Shown here: positions 14,201-27,815 of the stretch, piece after piece
Position numbering within the stretch: the stretch's first letter is position 1
Layout: every line of letters begins with the position of its first letter
Assembly (NCBI GenBank): GCA_026770705.1
Contig: JANJGN010000014.1
Location: 115,258,001 to 115,322,000 of the forward strand
DNA: 64,000 bases
Direction: 5' to 3'
From: Isurus oxyrinchus
Lineage: Eukaryota
Notes under the pieces: model-generated
What the model was told of the DNA's origin: nothing
Databases searched by the model: none
Seen by the model: only the letters and a program-made list of their open reading frames with translations
Program-made: the position numbers and the translations under genes

Positions 14201-17200
14201 TTTACCACTTACTCTCTAAGGAAGTGTTGGTCGGCACCACAGCTTAACAGCGCAAAACATTGTGACCAGATGCACTTAAAAATAATTTATTAAACAGTTC
14301 GCCTTTAGGTTTCACAAGTTCTCATCCATCATTTTATCATCATTAATTTTATTCTTTCAAACATATAGAAGTGCTTCAGAACTTTTTTTTTATCTTGCTG
14401 GTATCAACGTGGTTGTCTCTTGTGATACATATCCCCTGTGTTTTACTTACATATTAGGTTTGAAATGATATTTCATCACAGTTTAGGGAGGTTCAATCAA
14501 CCAGTTTAAAAAAAAAACAGGAGTTTGATTCCCGACACAGTGATTTTCTCATCTGTGTTATTCCAGGGAGGTATCGAGTCATGTCAAGATACTTCCCTGA
14601 GGGACTGAGGAAAGGACCACAATGGACCCGCCCTCTGTCGTAACTTCATACATCTTCAACAGACATCACCTTAAGAAGCGCCTCAGGAAAAAACACCTAC
14701 CATCCTGGTCTTAGCCCTGGTACATGTTTTACTTAGTGGGAGAAAGGGGACGCAGGTGATGGGAGTGAAACTTGGAGGAAAGAAAACAAAAAGAGAAAAA
14801 AATGTCAGATTTAAAATGAAGTTTAGATCAAAGTGTATGAAGTATTGAAATTCATGTTAATAAATAAATGGCTTGGATTCTAGATGTCATGATATCTCAA
14901 TCTGCTGATCTGCTATTGATTGTTCACTCTGCCAATGACCTTGCCAGAAGTGCTCTTCCACCTAACAATCAAATACACAGTGCCGTATGTCACCATTATA
15001 GCTCAAAACTAGTGTTTCACTACAAAGCCCTGGGCAGAAGATAGCTGCAGCAGCTCACTGCACTGGCAGCACTTGCTCTGTCAATTTCCATTTTTCATCC
15101 AAAATAGTTTTGCCAACTATATATACATAGACACACAGATACACATCCACAGTCACACAAGCACACATATGTAAAGTGTGTGCTTGTTTCCACGATAGCA
15201 TGGTTGAATTCAATATTACATCTTATCTTCTATTAGTATTTCAAATATGTTGTTTTATGGTTATCTATTTTTCTAGTTAACTGTTCCCTCTGGTTCCGGG
15301 AATGTGTTGGAAAACGCCCTGTGCAAGCTGTCACTTTATGGAAAGAATCGCTATTCAGTAATTTTATGCACCGGTTGATATGACACATTTTCTAAAGCCC
15401 TCGCTCTGTCCACACAAAACCCAGAAGTGGCATTTCTTCCTTTGATTGGCTAATACTATCTGCCGAATGGTCCGCAGTTGGCTTATTTCCAAGGGTCTGA
15501 CAGCATTCCTCCTACATTCTCACCTTTCCAAAACTAGTTCCTGCTTTTTTCTCTTTCTCTCTCCATTCCGCTTTACCATTGCCTCGCCTGATGGCCATTC
15601 ACTTTGCCCTGATGTTAGCTTCCTCCCTCCGCACTCTGTTCCTGTGTCTCTTCTCCCTGCGTCCCCATGCAGACAAGTGCGTGACCTGAGCGGAGGTTTT
15701 CTGAAGGGGCCACTGGGAGTTGTGCAGAAGCGGGGTAAGCCTAGCTAACCCTCCCGGTGTCTATTACCTATCCCGGGGAATCTCTCGCATTCGCCCATCA
15801 CCAACGACTGGCACGGGACAGCCTGAACTCATGATCTCCTTGTGCGGTGACCCTTAACCAGCACACACCGCGCCACTGAGACCAGAGGCAGATTAACTTT
15901 AGTTTTGAGAATACTTGATTCCAAATGTCCACTGGAAATTGATTACCCCCTCTGAGGATTCCCTGCAGGAACCGCCCGATGCTTGTAAGGAAGCTAACGA
16001 AGTCCACTTTCAACTCCTTTCATCTCTTTGTAACCTGGCTTTAATGGGCAGTTCAGCAGAGTGGTATATCACCTTAGAAGGAAGTTGATCGGTAGCACCC
16101 AATCATGAGACTCTGTGGCAAGGGAGCTCGCAGTTTACCACCGGCTCTAACAACATAGCAAACACCTTTCATGTTAGCACTCTGTTCGTGACCTTACTTT
16201 CTCAAACTGCCAAGCTGCTCCAGCACTGACACATACTTATTTAACTCACTAAGTTCCACAAACGAAGTTCACGAGTGGCATTTAATTTCAAGTGAGAGAT
16301 TTAAAAAAAAACCCTCTGTGACATTGCTGCTGTATCCTCTGGTGGCTTCTATCGGCGCTGATGCCAAGAGTAAGTGTCGGCTCACAAGAGCCGAGAAAGT
16401 GTCCTCAAAGGGTTAAAATGCCTGTAAGCGCCTCTGCAGAGGTCCCACATCACAAATGCCTGGTACAAAATTATCCCAACACCCCGCCTCGCACAGAAAC
16501 CTTTTTGCCATAGCTTGCTACTTCACACACCACCCCTGCTCCCCCCACCTCCCTCCCAAGTGTGCTAAGGTGTTCGTTGAAGTAAATTTTGCAGCCGTTG
16601 GAAAAGGGTGAAAGGGATAGAGAGAGGACAGCAAAGAAAGAGTAATAAACTTCACCCCAAACCATCCTAAACAAAAATCAGATAAACCCTCCACACGTAA
16701 GTTACATTAAAACGATACACCGCCCTTCGAAACTATTCCAAAACTAAACTTGTATTTGGAAACTGCTCCAGCCCTTGTAGAGACTAAGATAAATAAATGC
16801 GTGACGGACAGTTCCCTAAAAGACGTGTTTTTTTAAAAAAAAAACAAAAATAATCTAATTCTGCTGCATCCCTGGTTTGGAAAATGACATTCTTCTTGTT
16901 AATTTCACCAAGCCAACTAATTGTTGCTAATTGCCCTTATTGGCTCAGTCCAAAATGTCTGGTTGGCTGCCTGTAGATTTCGTGAAGGTTCATTTCGAAC
17001 GGAAAGGCTGCTGCACTTTTAAGATTCAAAGATAAAGGTGGTCACTGAACTACAGCTGTCAACTTCATTGACTAAATGGCTCTAAAATGCCTTGAACTTC
17101 GTGACATGGCAGGGCTGGGTATAGCGGAATGTCGTGTCAGCTCGATCTGTGTTAGTCTGTACAGGCTGAATTATTATTATTGCTTTTTTTCTCTTCTGAA

Positions 17201-17723
17201 GAAAGATCTAAAATGTATCTGATCTCTTAAAACTAAACTGAAACTAAAATAGAAACCGAAGAGTATTCCTCTCATGCCTGGGCGGTGGGAACAAGATCTA
17301 GACACTGTCGCTCATTATTATTGGTGAACTGTGGTGCTGTACCGTACAACAACAACAACAACAACAACGTTGTATAGCAGGCATTTTCAAGATGTACACC
17401 TGACCTCAGGCACAGCAGACTTGGGAGTGGAATTTGATCCCCTTTAGACAGTTCTGCTCAAGTGTTGCAGCGAGTGGCCACGAATAGTACCGGCATGCCA
17501 TCCTGTAACATTATCAGTCTATCAAGCAGGCCAAGGCTACACGGACAGGGGAGAGCGCTAGCCATGTAAGGCTGTAACCAGGGGAAGCCTAGTTAGCTCT
17601 CACAAACACCTAAGCTATTTTCCTCAACACCAGACCCTCCTCTCCTTTCTCTCTCTCTCTCTCTCCCCTCTCTCTCTTTCCCTCTCCCTCTTCTTTTCAT
17701 CTTGTTCTTGATGCCGAATGCAA

Positions 17724-17860
17724 NNNNNNNNNNNNNNNNNNNNNNNNNNNNNNNNNNNNNNNNNNNNNNNNNNNNNNNNNNNNNNNNNNNNNNNNNNNNN
17801 NNNNNNNNNNNNNNNNNNNNNNNNNNNNNNNNNNNNNNNNNNNNNNNNNNNNNNNNNNNN
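17724..17860. other. Assembly gap (137 N)
   Basis: Run of N next to a (CT)n microsatellite. Confidence 1.
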
Positions 17861-17879
17861 GAGTGAAAGTGAAATCATA

Positions 17880-19200
17880 CCTAAGGCATTTAAAAGACCG
17901 CAGAGTCAGAGTTCAACTAACGGTGCCTCTGCTGTGCATATTTTCCCGTTAGGCAGAACTCTCAGACAACAAAATAAATAACTCTTCCTACAACAACATG
18001 CACAGGAACACTTCCTTTACATTTCAAAGTTTAAAAAAAACGCATGTAAAACATTACACTTTCTGCTAGCCTTCTATATGATTGATTCATATGCTGTTGC
18101 TAATATATTTATTATTTTGTTTTTAAAAGCCTGCTTAATTTTTCCCCCAATAAGCCTGCATGTATCTGCTCAAACATCAGCAATTAAGTGTCGGGAGATC
18201 TTTATTAATTACGTTACACGCTTAAAGCAAAAAAAAAAATCTTTTTTCAACAGTAATGCCATAGCAGCCAGTCTGACTCAACCCCTCTCCCCAACCCCCC
18301 TCCCCGCTATTTTAAAGCTAAAAATGCCAACTAAAAGCCCATCAGAAAAGGTGTCTGTTTTAGACGCGCAAACAATTGCACCCTTGTGGAATTGTGGAGT
18401 GAATAGTACAGTGGACACCCTAGCACTATTGACGTTATAAACATGTAAATGAAACACATTAGTCCTGACAATCAATTGTCTGTGATCACTGCAAACCTTC
18501 TCTCTCCCTCTCTGTACTTTGATGACAGGCGCAAAATAGCATGTACCTTGGGAAGCCGCTTTCTGGGAAAGGAGCGGAAAAAAAATCTAGGCAAGCTTGA
18601 AAAAAGAAACCCAGCAAGCTTTCTCTTCTCTCCCCTTCAATGAAAGTGCACCTACATTGCCAGGACTAATGACAACGGGGTAAAATGTTTGGACTGGAAA
18701 GAATCTGCCTTTGTTAAGTCTTGAAAGCAATGTTGCTATAAATGAATTACTGCTTTTTTTTTACCTTCAGCATGAGTGCAGACAGAAAACTCTGCTCGCA
18801 GCATCTGGTTCTTTACCCTTAACCCATTCCTCCAAAGTACCTTTATTGACAATGATCAATACATCCTAACAGAAGGGAAAGATCCTTTACTAATGTGTTT
18901 ACAGCTGATGATGGATAGCTACTGGTCTGAGGTAAGTAGAGGGGGCGGGGGAATAAATCTTCACAATTCTAATGAATTATTTTACTAGCTGCTAATAAAT
19001 AAGCTGGATGCTTTGCACTTTTATTATAGATAATATAAAATGTAGTATATATTATCAAAGCCAAACCCCTTACATTTGCTCACCAGGCTAGCTGCAAATG
19101 GCAACGAAGTGCAGCTTTTACAGTTAGCTGTTACTTGCAACACCTGATGAAAGTATTGCAACAGTGTTTGAGCGCGATTGGTAAAGGTTTATAAGGCTCC
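17880..19200. promoter_or_regulatory. Candidate intronic CNE cluster close to exon 2
   Basis: Repeat-free block with clustered TGACA, ATTGAC, TAAT and CAGCTG motifs. Confidence 0.4.
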
Positions 19201-19899
19201 ATGAGTGATAGTTATTTTCTTGTTGTCTGGAGACACTTTCCCCACTTCTGGTTCACCCTCTTTCTTTCTCCTGATATTTTTGATGTTAAGTTTTTTTTTA
19301 AACACTGAAGCTGGGCGGATTCACGAAACCTGGACTGAGATATACACTGGGTCAGTCGACCATGATGATAGGCTCACTGCTGAACGTCGCTCAACAGAAA
19401 CAGCAGTGTCGGCCCACAACAGTTAATCCCATGATAGTTTCATTCCCCCCCCCCCCCCTCTCATTCTTCAAAAGCCAGAAAGCGCTCGACGGATATTTTA
19501 ACAGTTAGGTTGCACTGGATTAGGTAGATTAAAAAAAACTGCAATTGTTTTACTTAAATGGGGTTTCTCAATTTCGTCCACCTCTCACAATTTAGAGACA
19601 ATTCAGAACAACGTCCAAACTTTTCTTCAAAACATTTCTCGAGAAGTTAAGTTTAATTTCCTTTCTCTGAGACTGATCCTGATTAACTTTTAGCTGTTTA
19701 AGGCTTTTGCAGAAGTGACCAGATCGACTGATGGGGCACCAAATATGTATACATATAAATAAAACGACCAGAACACTTAATGTGGGTGGTGAAACAGGCG
19801 ACTGTACTTAATCATTAAACATTGCGAACACTATTTCTGCAATGAACAAAGGACTCTCTCAGCAGAACGCTAGCATTCCCAGGGAATGTCATAAACAGG

Positions 19900-19930
<31 letters not shown>

Positions 19931-22184
19931 AGTATGTGTTAGGGTGGCGGGGTGTTGGGGTGGGGGGGAGGGCAGGGGCTATAACAAAATATCAATGCAA
20001 AGGGTTAACCAAAACAACAACACTGAGGACAGTTTTTTTCCCCACTGAGAAAATACACCCGGAACAATGGTAACTCGGCTACCAGTTGTGAAATTGCTAC
20101 ATGCACATCAATTTCACTTGCTAAAAAGAAGTTTGATTTCCTTTGATCTAACTGGAAATCAAAGTTACCCAAAGTATAAATTATTAAGTAAGCGCAGGTC
20201 TCCCGAGTCCTGAAACAAAACACTTAAAGTAAAAGTGTTTCAAAGTTACAGATGAGTCAATGATCATCTGACTTGGGTTGTGACTGAAACTGACACTGCC
20301 TTTTGTTCGATTTTTCTCTCTCTCTCTCTTGGTATTTTTCACTCCCCTCCTGCCTGATCGCATACAGTTACTTGCAGCCCAGCATCTCTCTCTCTCCCAC
20401 CACCACCCCCCCCCCCCTTTCCTGCAATACATATCGCTCTGATAACATCTTCAAATACTGCTATCAGCGGATGCACAAGCAAGGAGCTGACATCTTTTCC
20501 ATGACTCCGGGAGAAGGCGGGGGGGGGGGGGGGGGGGGGGGGAGGTGAGACAGAAGATTAAAAAAAACCTTCTCCTGCAGTCAGCTATGATAAATGCAGG
20601 CGATTCCCTCGGGGAAAGCCATTTGGATGTGTGCATGACACGGGAGAAAATGAAAAGCGTTTTTTACCTGCAGCAACCCCCGCGCCTCCCCCGCACCACC
20701 ACCACCACCACCCCCCCGCAACTAACGACCACAACAGAAAAAGAGGGATGTGCATTACAGTGTGTAAAAAAAAATCACCTCGTTAAAATAACCAGAAAAC
20801 AAGACACTCGAGAAAACTTGAAGTCACGCTAGAGATCCAGCCAGTGATCTTCAAGGCACGTTGGTTTAAAAAGGATCCCTACCTTATTTGTCTTTCCCTA
20901 ACATTGGTTTCTAATCTCATGTTCCATGTTTCATGAACACACACACACATACAAAAGGGAAAGAAGGGAAAAGCCACTCTAGTTAATCTCTTGACACCAG
21001 CAACGTGCTTTTGGAATACTTAGAAAGGAAGGGAAAGAGAGAGAGAGCGAGAGAGAAAGAGAAAGGAATCAGCCTCAAGCATTGACAGAGCAACAAAAAA
21101 GAGAAAAATCAATAAGTTTAATCTGCTAAAGGAGGAAAAGGCAGACTGCGTGCAGGGGACACGGTAACATACACACACACTCACACTAACATACACACAC
21201 ACCGCCTCCTCGTCCAGTCGCTATGGACTGTACTTTAAATAGGAACTCCCGATTCCTCGCCTCTCTTTTTTCTGCTATTGTTACGGACACTTTATTTATT
21301 GATCGAGCTAAACATATCAAGGTGGTGGTGGTGGAGTGTTGTGTGTGTGTGTGTGTATGTGTGTGCGCGCGAGGGGAGGGTGGGGGGTGGGTGTTGGTGG
21401 TGGTGGTGGTATGGAGAACGCATACAAGATCACAAGATGAAATGAATGTTAACACAAAATGTCGAGCTGGCGGCATAACATTTCAGCCAGTGCGAGGTGA
21501 AAACATGAATAATAAACCCATCAACAAAGCCCTGATCCCGTAACACACAGACAGAAGCTTTAAATAATGCGAGGGACGACAGACAGACACAGACACACAC
21601 ACACACACACACAAAAAGACCTAGGTACCAAGAAGCGAAACGTTTTATTCTGATCCTGTTATCACCCCTCCCCTCCCTTTCCCCGCACCTCACATCAAAA
21701 CAAAATCTAAAGAAACGAGAGAGAGAGAGAGATTTGCTTTAAAAAAAAGAAACCCCTATCTGACTGGCTTTTTATTTCTTTACTTCAGGGTTACAATTTT
21801 TTTTTAAAAAAAGTTGCGACCATCATTGAGAGGAGAGAGGAAAAAAAACGGAATCGACTGCAAGTATGAAAACATTTAACAAACACATGTATGTAAGGTG
21901 TGCTCCGTTAAACTGAAGTGTTGCCAAAGTCTGGCACATCCTTCCCTTTTTATCGAAAGAGTTTAGATAAATACACGATGGCTTAGAAAACAAACAAAAG
22001 AGGTACATAACGGTTTTCTCCTGTAGGCAAATCAAGGTATTGGAGAGAGAGAGAGAGAGTCAGAGAGACAAGAGTAACTTTCACACAACATACATCTAGC
22101 ACTTTCACTGGGGGAGGGGGGGGGGGGGCTTTTCTTTCCGAGTCAATCAACATTACAGAGAGGGGAAAAAAAGAGCCGCTGTTA

Positions 22185-22406
<222 letters not shown>

Positions 22407-23273
22407 CTTCGGAAGGGGAGAGAGAGAGAGAGAAATAGAGGGAGCGTTTACAAAACATACACGCCAACAATGTGTTTTACGGTACTCATTTAAATACTGC
22501 CCGCGAAATAAAGCAGAGCTCCGGCCACCAGCGCACTCAGCGGACTGGGGCTCCCCGATCCCACGAGCCGACACCTCTTGTCAGCCCTCGCACAGCTCGC
22601 AACGCGCATCGCAACTCTCAACACAGACTTTATCCACCCCCCCCCCCCAAAATCTTCCCAAATTGGGGCCGTTGCGCCTGAGCGGAAAGCCTGCCACTGC
22701 CCAAACACATACACACAAAAAAAAAGGCAGCCTTGCGGATCAGATGGTGGCTGAAATCCGTTTGCATTTTATGTTTTAAATTTTTTTTTAAAAAAAGAAA
22801 CATAACAAGGCGATTGTTGGGTTTTTTTTGCCCCAGAGGGGGGCTTGTTTTGTTGACTTTTACTCTTTTGTTTGACAGTGACAAGGGAGGCAAACAAGCG
22901 CGATCGCTGACTTACTCAAGAGGGGGAGAGGTGGAAAGGAACACGGTCGATGGTATCGCCGGGTGAGGACCGGCATTGAACTGCTTTGCGGGACTTCAGA
23001 AATGTTTGATTTTTATCCCTCCTGACTGTAGGAAACGGGTAATCGTTAAACTACATCAACGTCTGCAACTGAGGTGTTGAAAGGCAAAGTAACGGTGCCG
23101 GCTGAGATCAAAACTCTATCAATCTGCATTTCCGCCCTTTCTGGAATTTACACTTTTACCTCTTTTTATTTTACTTCTTCAACAATTCCCCCCACCGCCG
23201 CCCTCCCCTCCACAACCAAATATTACTAATCCCCCCCCCAAACACCAAACCCCCCACCCCCACCCCCCAGCCC

Positions 23274-23304
<31 letters not shown>

Positions 23305-24735
23305 ACCAAAGCATCAAACACCCGCGATGATTAAAGGTGATTCCGGCTCATGTGGGCAAATTGTAACTGTAATATGACATGAATGTGGTAATTCCCCCAA
23401 ATTTACAGATGTCCTTTTCCTTTTTTAAAAAAAAAATCTGAAAGGACGCACATAAAAGATTTACGCCAGGCAAATGATGGCAGGAAACGTATGATCATTT
23501 TTTTTAAAAAAAAACGTTTTGTTGTGAATTCAAACTGAAACGAAACTAACAAATGGGCGGGGGGAGGGAGGGAGGGAGGGGGAATCCAGGCTCTGGTCCA
23601 AAAAAAGGTTCGCACCAAACGATCAGCGCACAGAAAGTGTATGTTAAATGGGCTGATATTTATTCCTGTGCCTCGTAGATATGAAAGTCCGACCACAATC
23701 CACACTAATTAAAAAAAACACACACACACACACAGCAACAAAGATCTTAGGATCACTCAAAAAATGGCCATCCTGACTTAGCTTATGTAATAAAGTCACA
23801 TAAGCCACCGAGCATGTCATAGTGAAAAATGCCATCAGTGTGCCATCACATAACAACTCCACTTTCTTTTTTACTTATTCGAGTGAAGGGGGGGTGGGGG
23901 GGAATAAACAATTACGGCGACTCCTACACAATGAATCACACTTTAAACACCATCCGCTCCCCTGAGTTCTGATCAGAACTGACTTCAGTCATTACTTGAT
24001 TTTAAGACGAACCTCCAACTTTCACTTTTGCCATCATAAGTGATTTTAGTTACTCGTCCCTTAAGTTTGCTGTTTTTCCCCCTTAATGCGGAGTACAACA
24101 CACAAAAAAAAAAGGAAAGTGGAAGCACTGCATAGTTCAAAAAGGATCCAAAGTTTTGGCAAGACGCGTATTCACAGCGAAAAGGGGATCCGGACTCCGC
24201 ATTCGGTTGTAAATGACAAAAGGTGACTTTCTTAAAAATCCTGTAGAATTTAAAAAAAATTCTATCGATCTCGTTAAATCCCTGGAAATTTCCGTCTTTA
24301 CACTGGAGCTACAATGAGGTGAGGGGTGGGTGTGGGGGGGGGGGGGGGGGACGACGGGGGACGCATCGTGAGCCTCGCACTGTCGTAGCAGGTTAACGGT
24401 TCCCATTCCTCACTTTAAAAAAAAGGGAAAAAAAAACCAACAAAACGAGAAACACACGCGTGCTGGAGGGAAGAAAAAATCGACTTGCAATTTTCCGCGA
24501 GGGCTCACATCAGCTGATGGACATGCTTTATTTTTTTTCTCTCTCCATCAACACCTTTTTATTTTACACCTGGATTTCAGGTACTTTCACAAAGTTTTAC
24601 ACCCCAAATTACAAGCAGGACAAGAGAAGGAACGGGCGAAATCCCCCAAAAGTTTATTTCCCCGCGCACTGCAATACCTGCCCACAAAATCCATAGATGT
24701 GAATATATAGATATATAGATAAATGTATAAAATAC
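22407..24735 (-). other. ZEB2: ZEB2 intron 1 (2.3 kb, within the 5' UTR)
   Basis: GT-AG bounded between exon 1 and exon 2. The size is comparable to the mammalian 5'-UTR intron. Confidence 0.75.
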
Positions 24736-25100
24736 CTGCTCTGTCCTGGCTGTGTTGTTTAGTGAGACTGCTACGAGATCGGCAGCGTGGAGATGAAGGA
24801 GCATGGAGAACAAGGCGAGGTTTTTTTTAGAAAAGGGGGGAAAGAAAAAGAGACCTTTAAAGACTTGAGGAAGGACCGTTATTCCTGCTGTGCAGGTTAG
24901 AACTGATCGCTCCGTTGTCTCCCACACCAGGAAACACAACCTGTGGACGGACTGACGTGTTCCGCTTGCTGGAATGACATTTTTCTATAAAGAGAGTCCC
25001 TGAAGTGCAGCCCCACAAACGCACGCCACCTATCTTCGTGGTAAGGGATAATTGAAGATCCGTAAACGTGATCACCGGTAGATGTGACGTTTTGAAACAT
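24736..25100 (-). other. ZEB2: ZEB2 non-coding exon 1 (5' UTR)
   Basis: The minus strand has blocks I recognise from the human ZEB2 5' UTR: GATCACGTTT, CTTCAATTATCCCT, AAGATAGGTGGCG, AACACGTCAGTCCGTCC.CAGGTT and GATCAGTTCTAACCTGC...GCAGGAATAACGGTCCT. It ends at a CAG|GTATTT donor (GT 24735-24734). The 5' boundary is approximate. Confidence 0.85.
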
Positions 25101-26129
25101 TTTTCTTCCCCTCTCTTGTGTGTCCAGTCCGAATCTGGATTGAATTACCTTTCAATTCGCAGCCATCGGCAGAGGATGGAGAAGGGGAAGGGTGGCCGGG
25201 AGTAGGAATGCAGTTGCCCCTGTCCCCCGCTCGACGTAATACAGAAATTGCACCATTCTTAACAGTGTTAGATGTGTGTCTGAAAGTCCTGATCACACAG
25301 CCCCGCGCTGCTCGCTAAAATAAAACTCCAGCCCTTTTCAACTCTTTGCTCATGCACCAGAGAGGCAGCGGGACAGCCGGATGCATCGCTATGTAACCAG
25401 CCTCCAGTTGAGGCTGCCGATCGGATCTGTCCGGGTTTTCGCCACAGTGATGCTACTTAAATGCCATTTATTCCTTTTACAGAAAGTTTGGAAGCTCGCG
25501 TCTCGTTTTGCTTTCCACCGTCCAAGTCGTCCGAGTCTTCTTTCCCCGAACTGAAAATCTCCACATCGATTTTTTAAAAATGTGCCCTAAGCTGAACGTT
25601 TCGCAGTCACTCGAAACTTCAACCCTATTTAGAAACTTTTATCTGTTTTGCCATGGGAACTTTAAATACACGCGAGCATCGTGTTCTTTCGTCTGCTAAA
25701 AATTGACCCTGGACCCATGCAGACTATTAGCTCCCAGTGTCTGATCTGTAACCTTCAATTATGCCCACCTTTATGGATCTGGCCTTAAACATCAAAACTG
25801 TAATGATTATTTAAACCACTGCTCTAACCTCTAACCTCAAGTAACTGATCTAAAAATAAGGAGGGGGGCAATTGGACGGTGTGAAACGCACTGGCGGATA
25901 AAGGGTTAAAGCATTATATGTTGACGAAGTTCCCATGGAAAAAAAAATTACCTGGTTTTAACTTAACGACCACAAAGTTGGGATTCGTGAGGCAGTTAGG
26001 ATATAGGAGCGAATAGATTTGGGTTTGTGGGGTGTGGTTCTAAAATGCCTTCAGTTTGTAAGTGCTTATATCCGCGCCACTCTGTCTATGTGTTTTATTC
26101 CCCCCTTTCTCTGACTAGTTGTACTTGTT

Positions 26130-26345
26130 CGAATATCTGCTTCTCACTCATTTCACATTGATACAAAAAGCTCAGCCTCCGCAATGCAACCATTGGCTCC
26201 GTGACAGCCCCAAGCTGCCCTGCCCTGACATGTCGCTAACTCCTGTTTGGTTAATTAAGTTTTCAATCACCAGACAGTGGGTAATAATAAATCAGATTGA
26301 TAATTGATCGGAGCCCGTCATTTATTGTTGCAGGAATAGGCGGGG
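26130..26345. promoter_or_regulatory. Candidate proximal upstream enhancer/CNE
   Basis: About 200 bp containing ATTGG (CCAAT), TGACAG, TGACAT, TTAATTAA, GATTGATAATTGAT and a GGGCGGGG-like GC box, ~1 kb upstream of exon 1. Confidence 0.5.
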
Positions 26346-27454
26346 CCCTGAGATCTTTTTTTAAGGATGTACAACTTATGAGATGTTGTGGTTTCTGTAA
26401 CGAAATTTAAGTGGGCTCCCCGGAGATCTGGAAAAGTCCTGATTCTTGAGATGTCTCTTTTTAATTCCTGTAATTATTCCAACATTAATGGTGAAAGGGA
26501 GCAGTATCAGGTTGGTTACATCGATTGGGCTTTTGAAATGTTTGAACAAAATGACGTGGTGGAGGGGATTCTGTTTAAATGTAAACCAAATTTATGGACT
26601 TTCAGGGCAAAATCTCCTCCACTCCTGTCGGGGGGAAGTTTTGTGCTCACTGCCAAAGCTTATGCAATACTGGGGCCAGAAGTCAATCTGCTGTCTTTTG
26701 ATACAGAAGTTTTATAAATCTTTATTTTTATTCATTGTTGCATCTTAACACGATAAAAGAATACCCAAGATGGGTGTAAGATGGTAAAAATGAAGTCAAA
26801 CACATAAGAGCCTTATTCACACACCAGGTCCAAGTGGTCCTAATAATTCTAATTCAGTGGCTGATTCCTTTCACTTAGAATAAATTCTGTCTGCATGTAG
26901 CTCTTTTAAATGAATTTTCCTTTTGATGCATATTGTAAACTCATTTGTTTTATGGGAGTGTGGAGGGCAATCGTGTTGCATGAAGACTGCATTCTTCGGG
27001 AAAAACTTCAGTGGGACTAAGCCTTCATATGATAAACTGTGCAAGACTCAGTAAGTGCAATGGCAAACTTTGGGTGCAATCCCATGAATAGAGAGCAGAC
27101 TATTCTCCCTTGAGCATAATTCAAATAGGATGTATTTCAGTTACTTTTGAAGAAGGACTCTTATCGCCAGCCTTTCGTTTAAAAATCAAATGACTAAAGA
27201 GACTAGTGATTCACTCGAAAACATTTTTTCAGGCTAGTTCCATTGATGTATTTTTGCATTATTTTTTGTTTAAACGGTGGACGGATGACCTAATTGTGGA
27301 AACTCTCTCAGGGAGGTTTATTGAGTCTGACAGTATGAAGGACTTAATTTAACATCAACAAAGGTACAGTCATCAAATGACATCTCAGCAATGTTGCAAT
27401 TTCCATATATACTTTTGCAAATATCAAGCAGCCTTTTCCCAATGGCTTTCAATC

Positions 27455-27815
27455 CAACCAGTTAGTAGCTGAACCATAGAGACTAGAAAGGTCCTATGTT
27501 TGACCAGTGCCAATTTAGTGATCTCAGTCAGGGTGGCAGTTGTAATTGGACTCAGCGTTCCTGGCTTAAAGAATGGAAAAAATTGGCCAGAGTTTGTATT
27601 ACCCAGCATCCCCTGCATGAAATAGCTGTGAGTGGTCATCGGGTGAGGCCAGGATTTGGGTTGACTGTGATGTTTCTTATGACCAAATGGCCTTTGACAC
27701 TGTCATGACACATATAAGAATAATGACCACCTATGGGAGGTACTGGAGAGCCTGGTGAGTGTGAGGAACTGTTCCCCAGCAAGAAATCAAGACCTTTAGA
27801 AGAGCAGAAAAACTG
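27455..27815 (+). mobile_element. Old SINE-like interspersed repeat (family A)
   Basis: Internal similarity to 34772-35050 (+) and 44545-45560 (-), and to tail fragments at ~3650-3750 and ~6385-6510. Shared motifs include GGTGAG..caGGATT and GGTACTGG..GAACTGT.CCCCAGCA. Confidence 0.55.

Noticed and set aside
17624-17981. ORFs spanning the N run
   Set aside because: Artefacts of the assembly gap.
19875-19887. Palindrome ATTCCCAGGGAAT (EBF/STAT-like)
   Set aside because: The spacing fits neither TCCCNNGGGA nor TTCNNNGAA exactly, and a single short palindrome is not significant.
20511-20545. Long poly-G run (also poly-C at ~23230-23290) as functional G-quadruplexes
   Set aside because: Homopolymer lengths are error-prone and such tracts are common in this sequence. 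There is no evidence of function.
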